Virus record (IMG/VR): IMGVR_UViG_3300048856_000015 | Span: 1 to 41,207 of that record | Reading direction: 5' to 3' (one strand) | Length of the DNA: 41,207 nucleotides | DNA from: a virus | Taxonomy: Duplodnaviria > Caudoviricetes | In this document: in pieces, positions 33,650-41,207 of the stretch | Numbering within the stretch: the first letter of the stretch is position 1 | Layout of the letters: every line of letters starts with the position of its first letter | The notes under the pieces: model-generated | Told to the model about the DNA's origin: nothing | Database searches by the model: none | Seen by the model: only the letters and a program-made list of their open reading frames with translations | Translations under genes and position numbers: made by a program

Positions 33650-36600
33650 ATGACCGTTGCCAATCTGGGCTTCGCTGTGGACAGCTCGCCGCTGGCGAGC
33701 GCCACCTCGGAACTCGACAAGCTCACTTCGTCAGCGACGAAGACAGAGCAGGCAGCGCAGCGCGTGGGAGCCGCCGGCACGCGCATGTCGCGCGGGTTCG
33801 CCGATCTCAACCCGGTGCTCGACAAGATTGTCGGCTCGCTTGGCCGCCTCGAAGGCATCACGTCCTCGATCGACAAGCGCCTGGACATGATGTCTTCGGC
33901 TGCCACCAGGGCCGCGAAGGCGAATAATGTCCTTGATCAATCGGCGATCGAAGCATCGACCAGTTACAAAGCCTTAGCCGCCAACCTCGCTGCGGTGACG
34001 GCGGCTCAGACAAAGGCGGATGCTGCTCAAGCCAAATCGCTCTCACAGATAATGAAGCAGAAGGACGCCATCGCTGCTCTGAATGCCGAGTTGCAGAAAC
34101 TTCGGTCTGCGCCGCCTATGCCGGCTGGCGGTCGGCCGTCCCCCGCGAACAATAACGGAGGTCAGGCGGGCGTTGGCAACATCGCTGCGCAGCTCTTCGA
34201 TACCTTCTCGACTGCTCCCTACATGAACGCCGGGCAAGTAGGTTTCCAGCAGGGGCCTCAGTTCGCACAGGCCTTCGCAGGTCAGTCGGCCAAACAGGCG
34301 CTCGCTGGTTTGGGCGCTGGTCTGGCGGCAATCGCGAGCCCGGTGTCTCTCATTGCTATCGGACTCACCACGGCGACTGCTGCCGCTGTGAGCTTCGGCG
34401 TTTCGGCGTTGAGCGGCATTGGCAAGGCCAGTGATGCGCTTGAAAAGCACGATGAAATACTGCACCGGATCAAGGAGCGTTATGACGCTGCCGCAGAATC
34501 TGGCGCACAGTTTGGTCAGCGCACTCAGTCGGCCACTGCCTTCGATGTCAATCAGGATCGAAACGCTCTGCAGAAGGCATTGCAGAACGGCCTAAGAACG
34601 TTCGCTATGCGCGCGACGCCGCAGGTCGATGCATCGCAGTTCCAGTATCCCGGCGCCGACCTAGCCGGCATCACCGAACAGATGCGCAATGACCAGTTCG
34701 GCCCGTTCGCGGAAACGCTGCGCAAAGTCGTTGATCTTGCTCGCGACGGTAAGGGCGACGTCCTCGATCTTAACCGGCAGATCCAGGATATCGCCAACGC
34801 TGACCCGAGCAATAAGCGGCTCCAGACAATCGCCACCGACATCCTGAAGATGACGGAAGAGGCCACCAAAGCCGCCGATGCTCTTGAGGAACTGCGGAGG
34901 AAGGAGCGCGAGGTTCGAGATACCTTCTCCCGCACCGACGCGGCGGCAAACGCGAACCGCTACAATGCGGACAACGACTATGCCCGTCTTGCGATGACGC
35001 GGCGCTACGACGCCGATGTTGCTGGAATAGGCGCAAGGAGTCCTGCCGAGCGCGCAGCCGCCGAACGTCGACGCCTTGAGGCTGAACCGATCGACCCGAA
35101 GGAAGCTCCGGCAAACCGGTCGCTCCGGATTGACCAGCAGGTCGATCTAATCGTTCGCCGGGCTCAACAGCAGGCATTAGAGGCTCAGCGCGAGCGCGCC
35201 TTGAACCTGCAGAAGATCCTCGAAGATCAGCGGACGGATATCGATCTCATCGGCAAGACGGGCGGCGCCGCAGCGGCTCTGCGCAAGGAGTATGAGCTGA
35301 TTTCAGACCTTCGCCTTGAAGCTGCGCGGAATGGAACCGCAGTTGATGAGGCGGAAATATCCCTTATCAAACAGAAGACTGCGGAATACGGGAAATATGT
35401 CGACGTGCTGAACCGTCGGCGGTTTGATTTCGAGATGAGCCAGCAGGCGGGAGATGCCCATCTTTCCCCGCGCGATCGGCAGATCACGACCACGCTGCGC
35501 CAGTACGGCCTTCCTGAAGACCTCAAGGGCACCAACGCGGCCCGCATCGGGCAGCAGCTCGACTGGTCCGAGAGCAAGGACATGTTTAAGGGCTTCTTCT
35601 CCAGTTTCGAGGCAGCAGCGTGGGAGAACGGCGGCAAGATCGGGGATGCACTCGGCAAAGCCGCGCTCAGCTCGCTCCAGAAGACGACTGAGAAGCTCTG
35701 GGACAACATCTTCGATCGCCTCGCAACGGGTCTGGCGGATGTTTTGATGGGCGCGCGTGGCGGCAACACCGGATCCGGCGTCGGTGGCGTGATCGGTTCG
35801 GCTGCTGCTGCGCTCGGTGGGCGTGCTTCCAACGACAATCGTGCGCCGGTCATTCCGGTCACCCGGTCCGCGCTTGGTCCTGTCTCAGGTTCTGGTGATG
35901 CTCTCGCATGGAACTTCTGGAAGAGCAAAGGCCTCCCCGATCATCAGGTGGCCGGCATCCTTGGTAACATCAAAGGAGAGAGCGCCTTCAACCCCGCCGC
36001 CATAGGTGACGGTGGCGCGGCAAAGGGGCTTTATCAGTGGAACGATCGGGCACCCAAAATGCTCGCCTCCGTCGGTTCGGACTGGAAGAATAACCCTCTT
36101 GCTCAGCACGATTTTGCCTACAAGGAGCTGATGGGCCCTGAAAATAAAGCGTGGAAAGCCCTCACGTCAGCTAGTACCACGCGTGAGGCTACGGCGGCAT
36201 TCGCCGGTTTCGAGCGTCCCCAGGGATTCTCGTGGAAGAACCCCGAAGGTGCTCACAACTTCTCCGGTCGGCTGAACGGTGCCGAAGAAGCTCTTTCAAA
36301 ATTCAGTGGAACGGCATCACAGGCCACTGAAGGACTAGGACAGCTTGGCACGGGGTTGGGCAAAGTAGGGCAGTCTCTGTCCACTAGCTTCTTCCCGGCG
36401 GCACCTTCCGCTCCCTCTGGTGGCGGTGGTGGCCTGTTCTCCTGGCTTGGCGGGCTGTTCGGCGGCGGTGGCGGTAACCTGTCTAAATACGCTGGCGGGA
36501 TCGGCCTCTATGCCGACGGCACGAACTATGCGCCGGGCGGCATGGCGATCGTCGGCGAGCGTGGCCCGGAACTGGTCGATCTTCCGCAGGGGTCTAAGGT

Positions 36601-36838
36601 GTTCAACACCAACAAGAGCGCACAGATGATGGCCGGCGCTGGCAATGACAATGGGGGCGGTGTCGCTGGTATCCGCGTCTTCGTCGACCAGGACGGCAAT
36701 TGGCAGGCAAAGGTCGAGAGCATCGCGTCCCGCACAGCACAGCGGTCGAACCAGGTCGGCTTGGCCGATCAGCAGGAACAGATGCGCCGCGGTGGATTCG
36801 GCGACATGCAGCGCCGCTACGCGAACCAGAAGGGCTGA
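33650..36838 (+). CDS. Tail tape measure protein with a phage-tail lysozyme domain
   Basis: 1062 aa, Ala-rich; NIAAQL.D...QQGPQ; AGILGNIKGESAFNP...GLYQW lysozyme motif; YADG...GGMAIVGERGPELV. Confidence 0.93.
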   Translation: MTVANLGFAVDSSPLASATSELDKLTSSATKTEQAAQRVGAAGTRMSRGFADLNPVLDKIVGSLGRLEGITSSIDKRLDMMSSAATRAAKANNVLDQSAIEASTSYKALAANLAAVTAAQTKADAAQAKSLSQIMKQKDAIAALNAELQKLRSAPPMPAGGRPSPANNNGGQAGVGNIAAQLFDTFSTAPYMNAGQVGFQQGPQFAQAFAGQSAKQALAGLGAGLAAIASPVSLIAIGLTTATAAAVSFGVSALSGIGKASDALEKHDEILHRIKERYDAAAESGAQFGQRTQSATAFDVNQDRNALQKALQNGLRTFAMRATPQVDASQFQYPGADLAGITEQMRNDQFGPFAETLRKVVDLARDGKGDVLDLNRQIQDIANADPSNKRLQTIATDILKMTEEATKAADALEELRRKEREVRDTFSRTDAAANANRYNADNDYARLAMTRRYDADVAGIGARSPAERAAAERRRLEAEPIDPKEAPANRSLRIDQQVDLIVRRAQQQALEAQRERALNLQKILEDQRTDIDLIGKTGGAAAALRKEYELISDLRLEAARNGTAVDEAEISLIKQKTAEYGKYVDVLNRRRFDFEMSQQAGDAHLSPRDRQITTTLRQYGLPEDLKGTNAARIGQQLDWSESKDMFKGFFSSFEAAAWENGGKIGDALGKAALSSLQKTTEKLWDNIFDRLATGLADVLMGARGGNTGSGVGGVIGSAAAALGGRASNDNRAPVIPVTRSALGPVSGSGDALAWNFWKSKGLPDHQVAGILGNIKGESAFNPAAIGDGGAAKGLYQWNDRAPKMLASVGSDWKNNPLAQHDFAYKELMGPENKAWKALTSASTTREATAAFAGFERPQGFSWKNPEGAHNFSGRLNGAEEALSKFSGTASQATEGLGQLGTGLGKVGQSLSTSFFPAAPSAPSGGGGGLFSWLGGLFGGGGGNLSKYAGGIGLYADGTNYAPGGMAIVGERGPELVDLPQGSKVFNTNKSAQMMAGAGNDNGGGVAGIRVFVDQDGNWQAKVESIASRTAQRSNQVGLADQQEQMRRGGFGDMQRRYANQKG

Positions 36839-36840
36839 TC

Positions 36841-37626
36841 GTGTCCCGATACCTCAATCAGCCCATGCTCTTTGTCGATTTCCTGCGCCCCTCGCGCATG
36901 AGCTTCGACAACCCGGGCAATGGCATCGGTGGCGGCCGCAACGCCTATGGGGAGGCGGTTTCGACCGACTTCTCAGGCGGTGGCATCATCACCGGCACCT
37001 ATGAGCGCTGCATCATCTTCGGCCAGGACTTCGGCGACGACGAGCGGCACGAATATATCAACCAGCTCGGCGCCCGGCTGAACGGCGGGTTTCGCTTCAT
37101 CAACGTCCCGATCGTCAACGACGGCATTGGGCCGTTTCCGGTGATCAACGGCAAGCGCCGGCCGATCATCAAGGGTATCCAGCACTCCGACGGCTCGTTC
37201 TTCTCGGACAGCTCTGGTTACAGCCAGGCGACGGTATGGTCGAAGCTGTTGGAGGATGCGGCGCTGAATGCCGGCCAGATCCGCATTCGCATCTACGGTG
37301 CATCGCGCGACCTCCGTTGGTCCGACTGGTTCTCGATCTATCACGATCAGAACGGGGACACGTCGAAGGGCTGGAGGGCCTATCGGTATTGGGAAAGCGA
37401 CAAGACCGACGAGGGGAATGAGACCGTCGGCGGTGTCGACCTCACGTTCAAGGACTACACGCTCGGCATCGTCCCACCGCTTCGGGAGGCAACGGTCGCC
37501 GGGACTCGCATCGAGTTCGCCCGGCCAACTTGCGTCATGAAGCTTCCGGACGGCGTGACCCTGCCTTTTTCATACGACGGTTATTACCAGTCGAGACCCA
37601 CCTTGCAGTTCACGGAGGCCTTCTGA
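36841..37626 (+). CDS. Minor tail protein (distal-tail-like)
   Basis: GTG start after the TMP stop; HSDGSFFSDSSGY, I.PPLREA...G, F.EAF. Confidence 0.75.
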   Translation: MSRYLNQPMLFVDFLRPSRMSFDNPGNGIGGGRNAYGEAVSTDFSGGGIITGTYERCIIFGQDFGDDERHEYINQLGARLNGGFRFINVPIVNDGIGPFPVINGKRRPIIKGIQHSDGSFFSDSSGYSQATVWSKLLEDAALNAGQIRIRIYGASRDLRWSDWFSIYHDQNGDTSKGWRAYRYWESDKTDEGNETVGGVDLTFKDYTLGIVPPLREATVAGTRIEFARPTCVMKLPDGVTLPFSYDGYYQSRPTLQFTEAF

Positions 37627-37629
37627 TCG

Positions 37630-38232
37630 ATGGGATACGTTCCTGACGCGGTTGTTGAGCGATTGGGCTCAAGCAACCAGGTAGGGATATTCCTGCTCGT
37701 CAACACTGACCCGGCACTGCACCTGTATTTCGGCGCCAACGACATTCCGGCGAACTTCGACGGGATTGATCCGGACGGCACGGTCTATCTCGGTGGCGGC
37801 CGCCTCAACGGCATCCCAACGCTCGAGGTGCTGGTGAATGGCACCGCCGACAGCGTGCAGTTCACGCTTTCCGGTGTCGATCCTGCCACCGGGACGAAGG
37901 TGCTCGACAGCATTCCGGAGGTCCGCGGCGCTGACATCATGCTCGGTCTGACGACGCTGGATGACTATTACCAGCCGATGACGAGCCCGGTCCCGATCTG
38001 GTCCGGCATGGCATCGCACGTCAGCGAGGCGAGCGGAGTCGTGATGGTGGGGGAGAAGCCGAGCCTGGATCTCGCGCTGTCGGCCGTTGCGGGTGAGGCG
38101 ACCAGATCACGGGCCGCTCGCGTCTTGTGGTCCTCTGCGCATCAGAAGGCGCTCTCGCCGACCGACAAATTCTGTGACGAGACGTCCCGCCTTTCACGCG
38201 GCGTCAATCCTACCTGGGGCCTCGGCTACTGA
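37630..38232 (+). CDS. Minor tail protein
   Basis: Y.GGG.L..IP.LE..VNG.A....FTLSG and Q...SPTD.FC; tail tip module. Confidence 0.75.
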   Translation: MGYVPDAVVERLGSSNQVGIFLLVNTDPALHLYFGANDIPANFDGIDPDGTVYLGGGRLNGIPTLEVLVNGTADSVQFTLSGVDPATGTKVLDSIPEVRGADIMLGLTTLDDYYQPMTSPVPIWSGMASHVSEASGVVMVGEKPSLDLALSAVAGEATRSRAARVLWSSAHQKALSPTDKFCDETSRLSRGVNPTWGLGY

Positions 38233-38234
38233 TC

Positions 38235-38675
38235 ATGGACATTCATGAATTCGTTCACCTGCCGCATCGGTTCATGTGGGGCGGGGACGGGAGAGCGCAT
38301 CCTGCTGACCCGCAGGGCAGGGTCTATAACGACTGCACGACGATCTGCGCTTCCTGGGTTGAGGTTCTGACCGGTGTGGACCCGGCCGCCGATCTGCGAG
38401 GCACCTATCGGACAGCCGAAGGCGCGCACGCCATCATCACGGCCGCCGGCGGGCATGTGGCCTTCATGCAGGCTCGGCTTGCCCCTCTGGGCTTCAAGCG
38501 CGTCCATCACCCAATCGACGGCGATGTCGGCTGTGTGCGGGCACCGTCGGGAATGGAAGGTGGATTCTCAGAGGTCGGGGCGGTTCGCTTCGGGCCGCTG
38601 TGGGCCTCGCTTGGACCGATGGGCATCGTTGCGAAGCCGCTGGAGATGATCGCCGCTTGGAGGCTCAGTAGATGA
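38235..38675 (+). CDS. NlpC/P60-like tail tip protein (lambda K position)
   Basis: F.WG...DC....A.WV...TG.DPA...RG.Y and GDVG. Confidence 0.75.
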   Translation: MDIHEFVHLPHRFMWGGDGRAHPADPQGRVYNDCTTICASWVEVLTGVDPAADLRGTYRTAEGAHAIITAAGGHVAFMQARLAPLGFKRVHHPIDGDVGCVRAPSGMEGGFSEVGAVRFGPLWASLGPMGIVAKPLEMIAAWRLSR

Positions 38676-40879
38676 GTCTCCGCAAGGATTATGAAAACCT
38701 GCCGAGCCTGGAGATCATCGTTCGGGTTCAGCAATGGGACTTCTATTCCAGCGTCAGCATCCCGGCCGTCGCCCGCGATCCGATCTTCACGCCGCTGTTC
38801 ACCGCGATCCTCGGCTCCGGCGGGTTCACGATCGGCAGCGCGTTCATCAGCTACGCCTCGATCGCGGCCGCTATCGCCACGACTGCCCTGACAATCGGCC
38901 TGCAAGCTCTCATGGCGCCGAAACCGCCAAAGGCGGAGGATGGAAAGTTCCCCCTCCGCCAACCAATCCCGTATCGGATCTGGGGCGTGGGCCGGAACCG
39001 AACGTCCGGGGCCTTCATGCTGTGGGAAAGCAACGGCCCAAGTCTCTACGCCGTCCAAGCGCTTCGAGGACACCGCATCAAGTCTGTCAATCGGTTCTGG
39101 CTACATGACGACGAGGTGACGGTTCCTCCTGGCGGCGGCACGGCCTCGTCTGGAAATGAGCGTTACGGCGGCAACGTCGGGATTTTCTACCGTCTCGGCC
39201 TGCCCACTGAGACCGCATACGCCTTTGTTGTCGCGGCTTTCGGTGGCTCCGGTCTCTGGACGAATGATCATCGCGGCGACGGGCAAGCGTCTCTTGCCAT
39301 GTATGCCTCCGCCGAGAAGCAGAAGGAGCAGAACAAGCGCTTTCCCTATGGTGTCCCAATGCTCTCCGTGGAGAGCGACGATGCGGCGTGCTGGGACCCG
39401 CGGGACCCTGCGCAGGACCCTGGCGACCCCGACACATGGGAGTGGACGCAGAACACCGCGCTGCAGATCATCTGGTGGTTGTGCTTTTCTGAGTTCGGAT
39501 TCCGTCTCGATTATCATACTGCCATCCTTCCGGTCCTCGATATGTGGATCGAAGAGGCTGACATCTGCGACGAGGATGTCGCACTGGCTGGCGGCGGCAC
39601 CGAGAAGCGCTACGAGAGTAATCTCTGGGACACGACCGAGAACGACCCCAAGGCCGCGCTGAACGCGCTCCTGGCCGCCTGTGACGGGCATCTGGTCAAT
39701 CGTGGGGACGGCGCTCGCATCCTGACGGTCGGCAAGTTCCGGGAGAGCCGCTGCGTTACCCTGACCGATCGGGATATCGTTGGGCACCGCATCGACTATG
39801 ACGTCCTGTTCGAGGACGAGGTCAACCGGCTCGTGCCGAAGTTCAACTATCCAGAGACCGATTACACGACGACGGACACGGACTTTTTCGAGGACACCTT
39901 CGCCCAGATCAAAGCCGGGCGCATCCTCTCCGCCGAAGCTGATTATCGAGCCGTCCAGCAATGGCGCCAAGCGCGCCGGCTCGGAAAGCGCGAATGGCTG
40001 CGGGCGCGCGAAAAGGCGAGGGGGCAGCTCGATATCCGGCTCTCCGGCATCAATGCCATCTATGCCCGCTGGGCAAGGATGGAAACGCCTATTCGGTTGC
40101 CGCGCCTCAATGGCAAGATCATCGAAAACCGCCGCTCGATCCTCGCGATCACTAAGGGCGGCTTCACCATGGATATCATCCAGCACCCGGATGATATCGA
40201 CGCATGGAACCCGCCGGTCGACGAAGGGCAGCAACCGCCCGTTCCCGGGAAGCCGACACCTACCGGGGTGCTGACGCCTGTAATCAACTTGGTTCAGTCG
40301 AAGTCGAATGCGGGTTCCGTGTACCTGCGGGTGGTCATCATTGACCCTGAAGACGGCAGCCTGACGCCGACGGTTCGGTACCGTCTGGCTGACAATGGGA
40401 CGGGAAACCCGGGTGCGTGGGTGGAGCAGCAGTTTTCGGACGCCGCGCCATCCGGCGGGTTTGTCGAGCTCAACACCAATGTGGTGCCCTCCGATCAGTT
40501 GCTCGATGTCCAAGTGGCTTTCGTGTCGTCGCAAGGCGCCTATGGCAACTGGTCTATCACCGCCAACATCACATCGACGATCGACTCCGTCGCTCCGGGC
40601 ACGCCGACGAACATGACGGCGCCGAACAGCGTCACGACCGTCCCGGTCAGCGCCAAGGCCGCTCTCGATAACACCCGATACCTGGTCTTCAAGCGTGGAA
40701 CGACCGTCCAGTCATTCGCCGCTGCAACGCTGATCGGCCGTTATACGGTGACTGCGGGGCAGACCATCAACTTCACGGATACGCCAGGTGCCGGCACTTG
40801 GAAGTACTGGTGTGGCGCCGAGAATATCTCTGGCGTCCCATCGGCGGCCCAAGCATCGGCGACCTCGATCGTCACCTAA
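38672..40879 (+). CDS. Tail tip / central tail fibre protein (J-like)
   Basis: P.R.WG.GR.R.SG, WDPRDP.Q....P.TWEW..N.AL, ADICDE.V, QARRL.K; C-terminal FN3-like region. Confidence 0.85.
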   Translation: MSLRKDYENLPSLEIIVRVQQWDFYSSVSIPAVARDPIFTPLFTAILGSGGFTIGSAFISYASIAAAIATTALTIGLQALMAPKPPKAEDGKFPLRQPIPYRIWGVGRNRTSGAFMLWESNGPSLYAVQALRGHRIKSVNRFWLHDDEVTVPPGGGTASSGNERYGGNVGIFYRLGLPTETAYAFVVAAFGGSGLWTNDHRGDGQASLAMYASAEKQKEQNKRFPYGVPMLSVESDDAACWDPRDPAQDPGDPDTWEWTQNTALQIIWWLCFSEFGFRLDYHTAILPVLDMWIEEADICDEDVALAGGGTEKRYESNLWDTTENDPKAALNALLAACDGHLVNRGDGARILTVGKFRESRCVTLTDRDIVGHRIDYDVLFEDEVNRLVPKFNYPETDYTTTDTDFFEDTFAQIKAGRILSAEADYRAVQQWRQARRLGKREWLRAREKARGQLDIRLSGINAIYARWARMETPIRLPRLNGKIIENRRSILAITKGGFTMDIIQHPDDIDAWNPPVDEGQQPPVPGKPTPTGVLTPVINLVQSKSNAGSVYLRVVIIDPEDGSLTPTVRYRLADNGTGNPGAWVEQQFSDAAPSGGFVELNTNVVPSDQLLDVQVAFVSSQGAYGNWSITANITSTIDSVAPGTPTNMTAPNSVTTVPVSAKAALDNTRYLVFKRGTTVQSFAAATLIGRYTVTAGQTINFTDTPGAGTWKYWCGAENISGVPSAAQASATSIVT

Positions 40880-40942
40880 CCCTAAAGCGCATCTCAAACT
40901 CGACTCTGGTCAAAAGCTGGAGCGACTTCTCATGAGGTTATC

Positions 40943-41207
40943 ATGCCTGAACTTGGCGCTATCATTTTTGCGGATGGGCCGGCAGCCAACCCGGTCGAGC
41001 CGGACAAGCGGAAGATCCGCGAATGGTTGACTTGGGTCGAAGGCATCATCGCGGCTTTCGTTGCGACCGGCGGGAAGATTTACCAGACCAGAACCGCGCT
41101 CTACGCTGATCTCGTCCCTGCTGCGAATAGCATGGCATGGGTCATGGAAGACCCGATTGTCGCTAACAATGGTGTGTATCGGAAGGTAGGCGGGACCGGT
41201 ACGGGCT
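40943..41207 (+). CDS. Tail fibre / receptor-binding protein, truncated by the window edge
   Basis: GAGG RBS; MPELGAIIFADGP....EPDKRKIREWLTWVE...DPIVANNGVYRKVGGTGTG, open to the window end. Confidence 0.7.
   Translation, partial: MPELGAIIFADGPAANPVEPDKRKIREWLTWVEGIIAAFVATGGKIYQTRTALYADLVPAANSMAWVMEDPIVANNGVYRKVGGTGTG

Noticed and set aside
1-41207. Integrase, att sites, lysis cassette, IS elements, rRNA or tRNA genes
   Set aside because: None recognisable in this window; prophage ends and lysis genes presumably lie outside it.

Overview
The whole window is the interior of a lambdoid, siphovirus-like temperate phage or prophage. It is GC-rich, and DUF982, GapR-like and EcfG-type promoter signals suggest an alphaproteobacterial, probably Rhizobiaceae, host. 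Gene order: leftward early operon (RecE/RecT-like, DEDDh exonuclease; 1-4968); immunity region with PL/PR, six 17-bp operators, cI and cro (5071-7557); rightward early operon (RuvC-like, two orphan DNA methyltransferases, DnaB-like helicase, Q-like regulator; 7554-17001); packaging and head genes (18229-27705); tail genes to the window end. The most striking element lies between the tail chaperone and tape-measure genes (31737-33287): a stand-alone Cas7/RAMP-like gene, a conserved partner gene and a non-coding array. The array units start with GGCAGGC and continue as strict G(G/T)Y-NN pentamers. Read as a gapped code (NN-x-NN-x), two units nearly match this phage's own tail genes, with the skipped base on the codon wobble position. 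This suggests an RNA-guided anti-phage system aimed at close relatives, resembling VIPR-type systems as I recall them. Other highlights: a portal-Acb1 fusion with a mutated catalytic His next to an Acb2/Tad1-like gene, a ~290-nt structured non-coding RNA candidate after the Q-like gene, antisense morons with general-stress (EcfG/RpoE2-type) promoters, and a lone HTH gene followed by iteron-like repeats. All family calls come from motif recognition by eye; no searches were run.
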